Assembly (NCBI GenBank): GCA_963839695.1
Contig: CAWIVW010000010.1
Location: forward strand, 3,647 to 67,646
Direction: 5' to 3'
Origin: an uncultured Acidimicrobiia bacterium
GTDB taxonomy: Bacteria; Actinomycetota; Acidimicrobiia; Acidimicrobiales; Ilumatobacteraceae
DNA length: 64,000 nt
Position numbers and translations under genes: made by a program
The notes under the pieces: generated by a model
Told to the model about the DNA's origin: nothing
The model's input: the letters and a program-made list of their open reading frames with translations, nothing else
Database searches by the model: none
In this document: piece after piece, positions 1-9,188 of the stretch
Position numbering within the stretch: position 1 is the stretch's first letter
Layout: every line of letters starts with the position of its first letter

Positions 1-9
1 GCCCCAGCC

Positions 10-528
10 TTGGCCCAAACCAGCCCACCCGCAGGTTCCACGACAGCATCCCCGGCGCAGATGGGCGCGGGCAACTGGCTGACCCAGGAGCAGCCGGGGC
101 AGTGGCGGGCCTCCAAGCTTGAAGGCTTGGATGTCTACAACCAGAACAACGAGAAGATCGGCGACATCAGCGAACTGCTCGTGGACAGCAGCGGCAAGAT
201 CCAGGCCGTGGTCGTGGGCGTCGGCGGGTTCCTGGGCATCGGCGAGCGCGATGTGGCGATCCCGTTCGATCAGGTGAAATTCGTGAATGAGCCACGTGCT
301 GTGGCAACCACAGCCACCACGACCGATCCGAATGCCCCGGCACCACCGAGGGCCACAGCAACCGCTCCAGGGGCGGCCAGCCCGACTGCACCGACCACCA
401 CTGGCACCGTGGCTACGGATCGGCCTGCTGGTGCGGCTGCTCGCGCGACGCCGGATCATGCGATGCTGACGACGAACATGACCAAGGACCAGTTGAAGGC
501 GGCTCCCGAGTTCAAATACGCTCGGTAG
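10..528 (+). CDS. PRC-barrel domain protein (frame is open to nt 1, so the 5' end may lie outside the window)
   Basis: ORF 10..528. LEGLDVYNQNNEKIGDISELLVDSSGKIQAVVVGVGGFLGIGERDVAIPFDQVKF is a classic PRC-barrel core, followed by an Ala/Pro/Thr-rich tail. The region is visibly less GC-rich than the rest of the window. Confidence 0.75.
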   Translation: MAQTSPPAGSTTASPAQMGAGNWLTQEQPGQWRASKLEGLDVYNQNNEKIGDISELLVDSSGKIQAVVVGVGGFLGIGERDVAIPFDQVKFVNEPRAVATTATTTDPNAPAPPRATATAPGAASPTAPTTTGTVATDRPAGAAARATPDHAMLTTNMTKDQLKAAPEFKYAR

Positions 529-543
529 GAGCATGATCGTGAC

Positions 544-564
544 GGAGGGGCTTACGGCCCCTCC
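544..564 (+). terminator. Hairpin terminator after the PRC-barrel gene
   Basis: GGAGGGGC-TTACG-GCCCCTCC, a perfect 8-bp stem 16 nt after the stop at 526-528, followed by cttctgctgttg. Confidence 0.5.
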
Positions 565-999
565 AGGCTTCTGCTGTTGCCTCAGAGGCGCAAAAGACTC
601 TGTCCTGCTTGAGAGGATGGATACAGCTACCCATGGCGGATATGTCTTAGCGCTTCGGTACTGCCGCAGGGCCGGTTTTACAGCGATCACCCAGGCCCCT
701 GTCGCCACTCCCACCAGATGCGGCCCGTGCCGATATCGGTGACCCAGCAGGGCACTGAGTTGGACGTGATCTCGGGCATTCTCAGCCCTCCGCGTTCGAG
801 CATGGGCTCGGATCAGTCGCCGTCAGGGGTTCGGTCCGGTGCCGGAACATCGCCGTCACCATAGCCGCGCCGTCCGTGGAGCTTGACCTTCGTGGTCGGT
901 GCGGGACGGTCTTCCAGCATCCGCACGGCTTTCCAGACCGAGTTTACAACCCTCTGAATGGGGCTAAGCGGCGTCTTGCTCATGATCGGTTCGCCTTCC

Positions 1000-1215
1000 C
1001 TATAGGGTCGTCCGCTTGCGGGTAAAATACCAAACCGCAGCAGCGATCACGATGGCCAGCAGAATAACCCACCACCAAGTGGCGAGCCCGCCCGCAGGCG
1101 GTGCCGCCGCATCGCCAGGAGGCGTTGCTGGGGTGGATGTCTGAGCCAGAGCCAACGATGATGAGAGTGCAAGCAGGGCAGTCCCGGCGAGTGAGGCGGA
1201 TAGAACGTCGCGCAT
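1000..1215 (-). CDS. Small secreted, C-terminally membrane-anchored protein (71 aa)
   Basis: ATG at 1215 is preceded by AAGGAGG. Signal peptide MRDVLSASLAGTALLALSSSLALA, then a Pro/Ala linker, then the TM segment WWWVILLAIVIAAAVWYF. Confidence 0.5.
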   Translation of the reverse strand: MRDVLSASLAGTALLALSSSLALAQTSTPATPPGDAAAPPAGGLATWWWVILLAIVIAAAVWYFTRKRTTL

Positions 1216-1256
1216 GTGCTCCTCCTTGGTTTCCTCTCCCAATGAGCGTCGGAAGG

Positions 1257-1553
1257 TCACGGAGCTAATGATGGAACGCCATCCGATTCATCAGAAGCTG
1301 TAACTCGGTCAACCTCTGAACATAGGGAGTACGGCTCTCTCTGATAGCGCTCCGCAAGTTGGGCAGCGAACCGCGTCTTGATGGCCTCGGGGCCTGCCCA
1401 TCCCTGAAGCTGCTCCTGGTCACTTTGGTAGCGAAGCTCGATATCCGCCAGTGCCGCCAGGGTGCTCTGAAGCTGGGGCAGCAGGTCGGCTGGATACCAG
1501 GGGCATTGCATCGCCGAGGCGGAAGCCTGTCGCACGACAGAGGTACGCGGCAT
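1257..1553 (-). CDS. Hypothetical protein (98 aa)
   Basis: ORF only. It abuts the downstream small gene on the same strand. I recognise no domain. Confidence 0.3.
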   Translation of the reverse strand: MPRTSVVRQASASAMQCPWYPADLLPQLQSTLAALADIELRYQSDQEQLQGWAGPEAIKTRFAAQLAERYQREPYSLCSEVDRVTASDESDGVPSLAP

Positions 1554-1919
1554 TAAACACCCTCCCTCTTCTCAGAATGGAGGGGAGCATAGCAGCATTC
1601 GGGTCGGAGGTAACTCGGATATCGGATGAGGGGCCGAGAGTGATCAGTTTTTGAGGCTTTGACCGTTGGCTCGTCTGCGAGGAAACTGGAGTGGATTCCT
1701 GAGCCTCATGATCAACTCTCCATGATCGTCCACGCCTGCTGACGCTCATAGCTCCTGTTGGATGACATTCTGCCCATTAAAATACGCCTGGATGATCCCG
1801 CTATCCTCCTCGCGTGAGGAGACATTCAATGAGCTTGATGCGCCATCGGCAATGAGCTTTCCAGCCTCCAAAGAGACGCGACCGGCACTCACCACCGTGG
1901 CTGGAACAGAGTGGGCCAT

Positions 1920-2038
1920 GTGGGAGTGCTGTATGAACTCGGGTCGGGGCGGGATCCGTCGGGCGGTCCTCGGGTCGGTGTCGGATCACGTCGTGCGCAA
2001 CGCGCCCGTGCCCGGTCCTCACGACCGGGTCCAGTTGA
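1920..2038 (+). pseudogene. Universal stress protein (UspA-family) C-terminal remnant, 5'-truncated and frameshifted
   Basis: Across three frames it reads VGVLYELGSG / RGGIRRAVLGSVSDHVVRNAPVP / VLTTGSS*. This resembles the USP C-terminus G-x-RG...LGSVS..V...A.xPVL. There is no N-terminal part, and it sits exactly at the GC-content step. Confidence 0.4.
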
Positions 2039-2081
2039 TGGACGTCCGTGCCGATCGCGGCCCAGTCGGAACACGGGCAGC

Positions 2082-2798
2082 TCAATCGGGCTCGGGCGGG
2101 AGCCGGTCGAGTTGGTCGGCGGCGATCAGCCCGGAGTCGATGGCGTGGTCGACGAGGCGGCGGCGGCGGTCGGTGGCGAGCTGGTCGATCGACCCGCGGA
2201 GTCCGCCGACGCCGAGCTTGGCGAACCGGTTGCAGAGGTTGTCGAGCTTGCGGTTGAACTTGGTGATCGACCAGCCGAGCCGGCGGGCCACCGCCCGATT
2301 GGCGGGCAGGTCCTGCTTCATGTGCGGGTCGCGCAGCGTCGGTTCGGCGAGGGCGAGGAGCAACAGCCGCTGCTCGTCGGTGAGGACGATGTCGCCCAGG
2401 GCGATCGTGTCGGTGAACTCGTCGTCCCAGAGCTCCTCGCCCTCGTCGTCTCCTCCTCGTCCTCCCGGTCGGGCACGCGCAGGGTCAGCTCGTAGTCGGT
2501 GATGCCGGCGCGGAAGCGGACGATCGAGTTGGGGAACGACAGCGCGATCTCGCTGCCCGGCGCGAGCACGACGTTGGAGCGCGAGTCGGCGTCGGCGATC
2601 TGGATCGAGATGGAGCTGCCCTCGTTGCGTCAACCACCACTGCTCGTCCCGCGCCCAGAGCCGCCCGAGCACGCGGTGGAGGTGCCGGTTGTCGTCGATG
2701 CGCAGGTCGCCGGCCCGGCCGAACGTCAGCTCGTCGCTCGTCTCGATCGCCCTGACCTCGCCGCAGTACTCGACCCGGAGCCGGAGGTCGTCCTTCAC
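2082..2798 (-). CDS. FHA-like domain plus C-terminal HTH protein, frameshifted (2 single-base indels)
   Basis: GTG at 2798 overlaps the upstream stop (GTGA). VKDDLRLRVEYCGEVRAIETSDELTFGRAGDLRIDDNRHLHRVLGRLWARDEQWWL continues in another frame as NEGSSISIQIADADSRSNVVLAPGSEIALSFPNSIVRFRAGITDYELTLRV. An acidic linker follows, then LTDEQRLLLLALAEP...NRAVARRLGWSITKFNRKLDNLCNRFAKLG (HTH-like). Frame breaks are near 2625 and 2450. Confidence 0.6.
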   Translation of the reverse strand: MKDDLRLRVEYCGEVRAIETSDELTFGRAGDLRIDDNRHLHRVLGRLWARDEQWWLTQRGQLHLDPDRRRRLALQRRARAGQRDRAVVPQLDRPLPRRHHRLRADPARARPGGRGGDDEGEELWDDEFTDTIALGDIVLTDEQRLLLLALAEPTLRDPHMKQDLPANRAVARRLGWSITKFNRKLDNLCNRFAKLGVGGLRGSIDQLATDRRRRLVDHAIDSGLIAADQLDRLPPEPD

Positions 2799-4143
2799 CC
2801 GGCCTCCCTGTCGACGACGGTGAAGGAGCGCGAACCGAAGTACACCGTCGCCCCGGGCTCGAGCAGCTGCGCCCGACCGGCCTCGAGCGCGGTGACCTGG
2901 CCGCCGGGATGGGGCACCACGAACGTGCCGTTGGTGGACCCGCAGTCGGCGACGAGGACGTCCCAGCCTTGGTAGCGGATCTCCAGGTGGCTCCGCGAGA
3001 CCTTGTCGCCGATGACCTTGACTCGGCGTAGGCCGGCTCGTTCCGGATGGGTGTCGCGGTCGGGGTTGCGCCCGATGAGCAGCTCGTGATCGAGCTCCAC
3101 GATCGTGCCGTCGTCGAGCTCGAGGTGCCCGAGACTCGGCCGCGGCACGTGGACCACCGTCGCCGTGCCGGGCGTGAGGAACTGGCCGCACACCGCGCAC
3201 GAGGCGACGACCGGAGGATTGGCGTGACCGTTGGGGCAGAGCTTGGCGTCGACGAGCGCCCCGCGCCCGTCGTCGCCGGCGCCCGCGCCTCCGAGCCCGA
3301 ATCACGTCGCCGAGCAGCTCGCCCGGCGCGGGCGGGGGCAGGGTGATCTCGGCGTCGTGGAACTCGTCGCCGTCTCCGTCCTCGTCTTCGACCTCGTTCT
3401 CGTCCTTGTCGCCGGCCGCCTCGGCGGCGCGGCGCCGCCGGGGCGGCGTCGGCCGACGACTCGGCGTCGTAGACCGGCCGGCCGTCGGCGCCGGTCGCGG
3501 CGGCCTGGATCGCGGCGAGCGCGGCGGCCGGGTCGTCGGCTGAGACTGACGGCGCGGGAGGCGGCACCGGCGCGACCTCGGCGACGACGGCGTCGGCCTC
3601 CGCGGTTCGGCCTCCGCCGGGACGGGCGGTCGGGGGATGCTCTCGGTGGCGTCGGTGACCTTGTCGGCGGGTGCCGGCGCGTGTCTCGACCGCGGCGCCA
3701 CGATCGACGGGCGCGGCCAGTTCGAGCCGGAAGCCTCCGGCGAGCGCGACGCCCGACGTGAGGTCGGTGGCGGCGTCGACGGGCGGATCGCTCGCCCCCG
3801 ACTCGATCCGCGCGTCGGACTCGACCGCCATGGAGTGCTCGACCCACGTTCGCGATCCGGCACCGGACAGCATCGGCAGGCTCGGCTGGTCGGTCTCGAC
3901 CGCCGCCGCCCCGAACGCCATCACCCGGACCGTCGGGGTCCAGCCCACGCCGACGAAGGGCGCGACGTCGAACCCGGCGGCCACCGTCGCCGACGCCAAC
4001 GCCTGCAGCTCGCCGCCCTCCGGACTGCTCATGAACGCGTCGAGGAGGCGCTCGTCCCGCTCGGGCAGATAGAGCAACGCGTCGCGCCGACGCGCGACGT
4101 GCCCGCTTCCGGGGGCCAGGCGCAGCGTCGCGCGAAGCTCCAT
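2795..4143 (-). CDS. FHA-domain protein with a zinc-ribbon-like CPNGH...CAVCG motif and a long N-terminal domain, frameshifted
   Basis: ATG at 4143 lies 2 nt after the PP2C stop. The N-terminus MELRATLRLAPGSGH... is in one frame. The acidic/Pro middle (DKDENEVEDEDGDGDEFHDAEITLPPPAPGELLGDV) is in a second frame. The C-terminus LCPNGHANPPVVASCAVCGQF...LLIGRNPD...VSRSHLEIRYQGWDVLVADCGSTNGTFV is a canonical FHA in a third frame. There are at least 2 frame breaks (~3640, ~3300). Confidence 0.65.
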
Positions 4144-4144
4144 C

Positions 4145-4957
4145 TCAACTGACTCCCAGCCGGAGCACGACGGCGGTCGCGTTGTCGCGACCGCCGACCT
4201 GATCGGCCTGCTCGACGAGACGATCGGCGGCGCCTTGGCAGCTCGGCAGCGACAACGTCGCCCGGATCTGGTCGTCGTCGAGCTGGCGGTGGACTCCGTC
4301 GGTGCACAGCAGGAGGCGATCGCCGGCGCGCACCGGGATCGCCAGCACGTCGACCCGGAGCGCCTCGAGCTCGAGGCCGATGAAGGAGGTGAGCCCGTGC
4401 AAGGCCACGCCGCGCTCACGGTACTCGCCGATGTCGAGACCGGCCGCGAGGAGTTCCGCCCGCACGTTGTGGTCGTGCGTCAGCAGGTCCAGGCGCGGTC
4501 GGTCGTCGAGGTTGGCGAGGCGGTAGGCGCGGGAGTCGCCGAGATGGATCAACGTGATCAGCGGACCGCCGACGACCGCGACGAGGAGCGTCGTCCCGAG
4601 GCGATCGACGCCGCGCTCCCGGCCGGCGTGGATGACATCGGAGTTGACGGATTCGACGATCCGGCGCCAGTCGGGGTGTTCGCCCGCCTCGTCGAGCCGG
4701 GCGAGGAACCGGTCGATCGCGGTGCGGGCGGCGAGGGCGCCCCCGCCTCGGCCACCCATGCCGTCGGCGACGACGAACGTGTTGGCGCGCTGTCCCCACG
4801 CGTCCTCGTTGACCCGTCGCCGGACGCCCGCCGAACTCGCGCTCCCCCACTCCAACACCGTGAGGGGAGAAGCGATCAGGGTGGCGGTGAGATCGGCGAT
4901 CACCCCCGAGTTCTCGGTGGGGGTGGTGTCGTCGTCGTCGTCGAGTCGCAGGGACAT
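4145..4957 (-). CDS. PP2C-family Ser/Thr protein phosphatase (intact)
   Basis: ATG at 4957. RRVNEDAW, FVVADGMGGRGGG, DRLLLCTDGV and GGRDNATAVVLRL are PPM/PP2C motifs. Confidence 0.85.
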   Translation of the reverse strand: MSLRLDDDDDTTPTENSGVIADLTATLIASPLTVLEWGSASSAGVRRRVNEDAWGQRANTFVVADGMGGRGGGALAARTAIDRFLARLDEAGEHPDWRRIVESVNSDVIHAGRERGVDRLGTTLLVAVVGGPLITLIHLGDSRAYRLANLDDRPRLDLLTHDHNVRAELLAAGLDIGEYRERGVALHGLTSFIGLELEALRVDVLAIPVRAGDRLLLCTDGVHRQLDDDQIRATLSLPSCQGAADRLVEQADQVGGRDNATAVVLRLGVS

Positions 4958-4965
4958 GGCCGGTG

Positions 4966-5655
4966 TCACGGCGTCGTGGTGGCCGGGGCCGCGGTCGTCG
5001 GCACGGAGGTCGGCACCGCGGTCGGCACCGCGGAGTCGGCGGTGACCGGGGCGTTCGCCCCGACCGTGGTCGTCGCCGGGTCGTCCTCGCCGCCGTCGCC
5101 GGCGAGCAAGAACACCACGGCGGCCGCGGCCAGACCGAGCGCGACGCCACCGGCGATGATGGCGGGCAGAAGTCGGGACCGGGATGCGGCCGCTTCTTCC
5201 CGATCGGGTCGTTGCGCCGTCGGGAGACGGCCGGGTGGTCGCCATGGTTGGCGCGGCGAGCCGGCGGCCGCCGGAGCAGGATTCGGCCCCGGCGGCGGGG
5301 TCGGGGGGATCGGCGGGACGGGTGGCTCGGGCGGCGGAGGGGTTGGGGGGACCGGCGGCACGGGTGGTTCGGGTGGCGGCGGGGTTGGGGGGACCGGCGG
5401 GACGGGTGGCTCGGGTGGCGGCGGGGTTGGGGGGACCGGCGGCACGGGTGGCTCGGGTGGCGGCGGGGTTGGGGGGACCGGCGGGACGGGTGGCTCCGGG
5501 GTGGACGTCCCGGTGGCGGCCCGGATCGCGGCGATCAGGTCGTCACCCGCCTCGACCGTGACGTCGTCGTCATCGGACTCGTCGGAATCGCCCCAGTGGA
5601 GCTCCCAGATCCGTTCGTCGTCAGCGGTGGAAGCGTCGTCCTGTCGTTCGGTCAT
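4966..5655 (-). CDS. Acidic N-terminus / Pro-rich tandem-repeat / single-TM protein (229 aa)
   Basis: ORF 4966..5655. It contains about 4.8 copies of PPTPPPPEPPVPPV, then the TM segment LLPAIIAGGVALGLAAAAVVFLLAG and a Thr/Pro/Ala tail. It lies in operon orientation between the transglutaminase-like and PP2C genes. Confidence 0.55.
   Translation of the reverse strand: MTERQDDASTADDERIWELHWGDSDESDDDDVTVEAGDDLIAAIRAATGTSTPEPPVPPVPPTPPPPEPPVPPVPPTPPPPEPPVPPVPPTPPPPEPPVPPVPPTPPPPEPPVPPIPPTPPPGPNPAPAAAGSPRQPWRPPGRLPTAQRPDREEAAASRSRLLPAIIAGGVALGLAAAAVVFLLAGDGGEDDPATTTVGANAPVTADSAVPTAVPTSVPTTAAPATTTP
5297..5500. repeat. 42-bp tandem repeat (~4.8 copies) encoding the PPTPPPPEPPVPPV units
   Basis: The unit ggggttggggggaccggcgg[c/g]acgggtgg[c/t]tcgggtggcggc is repeated head-to-tail. 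Confidence 0.85.
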
Positions 5656-5676
5656 GGCGCGACCACCGCTCCATCC

Positions 5677-8033
5677 TCACGACCGCGAGCCCGCCTTGGC
5701 TTCGTCGCGCAGCAGCGGGCGGGGGTCGAGCCGCATCCGCATCCGCTGGGCGGCGTTCCGGCGGCGGCGGAGCTCGACGCTGACCCGGTCGCTGTACTGC
5801 CACGCCCGATCGACGTGCGGCGGGAGCGGGCGGCTGGGCGGCGAACGCCGCCCGGTCGACCTCGTCGGCGAGGTGGTGCAGCTCCGGCTCGAGTCCGGTG
5901 ACCGCAGCACCGCCGGCATACATCCCGACCGTCTCGTGGGGCGTGGTGCCGGCGGCTCTCGGCAGCCCTGACTCCGTGCAGCGGTCGATGGCCTCCGCCC
6001 AAGCCCCGGCGACGCGCCCGCCCGTCGTGCCGTGGAACCGCCGGCGCCGGCGGCGCAGCGCCTTCCATCCCACGACCACGGCGGCGAAGAGGGCGAACAG
6101 CAGGAGCGGGATGCCACCGGCGCCGATCGCGACCCACGTCGCGATGCCCGGCCCGCCGCCGCGCTCGAACTCGTGGGAGATCGGCTCGAACTTCTCCTCG
6201 TTCTCGACCTCGTCGTCCTCCTGGCGAGGTGGCTCCACCTCCGGTGGCGGTGGTGGCGGCGGCGGCGGGTTCGGGACGGCGATCTGCTCGGTCGTGCTGC
6301 CCTGGGTCTCGGGGTCCGGGGTGCGGGAACGGTCCGGGCTGACGTCGACCGGCACCCACCCGAGCTCGCCGGCGTCGAGCTCGACCCACGCCGAGATGTC
6401 CCCCGCCAGTCACCTCGGCCCGCCCGTTCTGCCACCGCTCGGCCGGGATCTTGTAGCCGACGACGACCCGCGCGGGCAGGCTGGCCGCCCGCGCCATCAC
6501 CCCGGCGGCGGCGGCGTACTGCTCCTCGTAGCCGACGATCCGGGTCGGATCCTCCAGCATCAGGTTGATGCGCCCGTACGAGTGGCCCGGCTGGGTGGCC
6601 TCCGGAGACGTCGTAGAAGCCCTCGTTGACGAACTTGTCCCGGATCGCGGCCATCATCTGCCAACGGGACTCCTGGCCCTGGGTGAGGTCCCCGGCGAGG
6701 TTCTCGACCTGGGGCGGGAGCAGCTTCAGTTCCTCGCTGCGATCGACCAGGGTGATCGTGGCCGCTTCGAGCTGGGCCTCGCTGACCTCCGGCACCACCT
6801 CCGAGGTCACGCGGTAGGAGAACTCGTTCGGCACTCCCCCCGGCAGGGCGACGGTGCCGGTGCCCATGTTCATCCGCGGGTCGGGATCGTCGTCGAACGT
6901 CGAGCCGGGTCGGCGTCCCGGCGGTGGGGAGGAAGAACCCACCGAGATCGTTGATCTCGACCCGGTGCTCGACGGTGCGCGCACCCTCGGGCAGCTCGTC
7001 GTCGAGCTCGGGGAGCTGCGTGTCGACGGGTACGAACTCGGCGGCGTCGGGGTGCCGGTCGGGATCGGCGACCGTCCACACCACGCCGTCGTAGTCCGTG
7101 AGCACGGCAACCGGCCACCGTTCGACCTCCGTGTCGCCCTCGACGGTGAACACGACGTCTTCCTTGCGCTCGTCCTTGAGCGAGGCCTTGAGCTGCACCA
7201 GCGGGCTCGGCACGGCGAGGGGATCGAACGGCGGGACTTGATACCGGCGCAGGTCGAAGCGCTCGTGGGCCTCGGCCAGCGGCAGGCGAGGCCCGACCAT
7301 CGGAGCGGCCACGACGGCTCCCACGACCAGCACGGCCCCGAGCATCAACCGGCGCCGGTTCGTCGACACCGCGGCGGCGTCGAACTCGTCGCCGACCGAG
7401 CCCGCCACGATCCGCCTGGCGAGACGCTGGGAGGCCGTGATCAACGCCAGGGTGCCGGCGAGGATGCCGGCGCCTTGGAGGAGGGCCAGCCAGCGCTCCT
7501 CGATGGTGAACAGCAGGCTCAACGCGAGGGCGAGGAGGGGACCGATCGCGGGCAGCCCGGGCCGGCGGCTGTGGCGGGCGATCTCGCCGCCGATCGCGGC
7601 GGCCAGCCAGGCGACGGTGAACGGCAGCGCCCGCAGCTCGACGGTGATGTCCGCCGGTGGGGCCGCCGAGAGGAGATCCGCCCATCCGTCGATCAGCCCG
7701 CGGGCGAAGTCGCCGTAGGCGCCGGGCAGTCGGGATGCCGCCGACCGCCACGCCGCCGAGCACCATGAAGGCACCGGCGGAGAGGGCGACGCTCTCGCCG
7801 AGCAGCAGCCGGCGAGAGCGGGCGAACAGGACGACCGCCGACGCCCCGGCGGTGCCGATCGCGGCGGCGCTGACGAAGCTCCAGCCCGACAGGGTGCTGC
7901 GGAAGCCGATCGCCGCGACCATCGACATCGCCGCGACGATGGCGACGGCGATCGCGACGTACGGCCCGATCGCGCGGCGAGGTCGGGCGTCGGGCTCGAC
8001 GGGTGACGAGGTCACGGGATCACCTGGTTCCAC
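5677..8033 (-). CDS. Transglutaminase-like multi-TM membrane protein (typical MoxR/DUF58 operon partner), frameshifted (~5 indels)
   Basis: GTG at 8033. The N-terminal TM bundle (IGPYVAIAVAIVAAMSMVAAIG...) and later fragments chain across frames near 7740, 6920, 6590, 6400 and 5830. The core reads RIVGYEEQYAAAAGVMARAASLPARVVVGYK ... DISAWVELDAGELGWVPVDVSPD, followed by poly-Pro and a TM segment (ATWVAIGAGGIPLLLFALFAAVVVGW). Confidence 0.7.
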
Positions 8034-9178
8034 GCGGCCTGGAACTGCTCGAGCGTGTCGACGTCGATCACCTTGCTGCCCGGGAGGTATCCGGGGATGC
8101 GGTCACCCTTCGGCCACACCCGGACGAGGATCACCCGGGCGGAACGGCGGGCGACCGTCGACATCGTGAGGAACCGATCCGTCGGCACGTTTCCCGTGAT
8201 CACGACGAGGGCCGACGTTCCGGCCTCACCGCGGAGGGCGTGGAGCGCGGCATCGGCGATGTCGGTGCCGGCGGCTTCCTCGGCCAGGGTGAGCCGGTCG
8301 AGCAGGTCGTTGCGCGCCGCCGGTCGGTTCTGCCCCATCAACGCCTCGCGGTCGAGCCACACCGCCACCGGCTGTTCGGCCATCAATGACGAGACGCCGA
8401 GCGACGCGGCGATCTCGATCGCGGTGTCGAAGCCGGCCGGATCGATGTACGACTCCACGTTGGTGTCGACCACCGCGGTGACGTTGGGGCGCCGGTTGTC
8501 GACGTAGTGGCGCACCATCAGCGTGCCGGTGCGCGCCGTCGACATCCAGTGGATGTGCCGGTGGTCGTCGCCGAGCTCGTACTCGCGCAGGGCGTGGAAG
8601 GCGACGTCGCCGGCCGGCGAGGCGTCCGACGTCGGGCCTTCGAGGTCCTTGGCGTAGCCGACGGGGAGCGGGCGCAAGGCGACGACCCGGGGGTGGACCC
8701 ACAAGGTCTGCGTCCCGGTCTGGACGATCTCGCGCCGCATCAGGTTGACGAGGTCGCTCTTCACGATCAGCGCCGGCCCGACGGTGACGATGCCGCGCCG
8801 GGCCGTGGGCAGCGGGTACACCGCTTCGGTGGCTCGGCCGGCGCCGAGTGGGGGGATGTCGAGGCGCAGCGGGCGCCCGCCCACGTGCTCCTCGATCGTG
8901 CGCGAGGCCACCGGCGTGCGGCGGGGGTTGGTGACGCGCATGACGGCGATGGCGCGGTCGCCGACCGTGACCCGCTCCGGGTCGAGGATCCGCTCGACGT
9001 CGAGGGTGAGGCGACCGACGACGAACGGGATCGCGGCGAGGAGCACGATCAGGCAGCCGGCGGCGACGACCATCAGCTCGACCCAACCGAGCTGCCACCC
9101 GGCGACGTACGCGGCGACTCCGAGCACGAGGACGGTCCACCCGCTCGCCGTCAAAGGGAGTCGCCGCAGCAGCTTCAA
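8012..9178 (-). CDS. DUF58 (vWA-like) domain protein, intact
   Basis: 388-aa ORF with a TTG start. It has two N-terminal TM segments and DVAFHALREYELGDDHRHIHWMSTARTGTLMVRHY, the DUF58 signature. It sits immediately downstream of MoxR. Confidence 0.85.
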   Translation of the reverse strand: MKLLRRLPLTASGWTVLVLGVAAYVAGWQLGWVELMVVAAGCLIVLLAAIPFVVGRLTLDVERILDPERVTVGDRAIAVMRVTNPRRTPVASRTIEEHVGGRPLRLDIPPLGAGRATEAVYPLPTARRGIVTVGPALIVKSDLVNLMRREIVQTGTQTLWVHPRVVALRPLPVGYAKDLEGPTSDASPAGDVAFHALREYELGDDHRHIHWMSTARTGTLMVRHYVDNRRPNVTAVVDTNVESYIDPAGFDTAIEIAASLGVSSLMAEQPVAVWLDREALMGQNRPAARNDLLDRLTLAEEAAGTDIADAALHALRGEAGTSALVVITGNVPTDRFLTMSTVARRSARVILVRVWPKGDRIPGYLPGSKVIDVDTLEQFQAAWNQVIP

Positions 9179-9188
9179 GACTTCGACC

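Noticed and set aside
4235-5971. A Gly-rich plus-strand ORF with GGTGGSGGGGVGGTGG repeats that looks PE_PGRS-like.
   Set aside because: It is the reverse complement of the Pro-repeat array. It also overlaps the PP2C gene and the transglutaminase-like gene tail, which have real motifs. The minus-strand Pro-rich frame fits the operon spacing.
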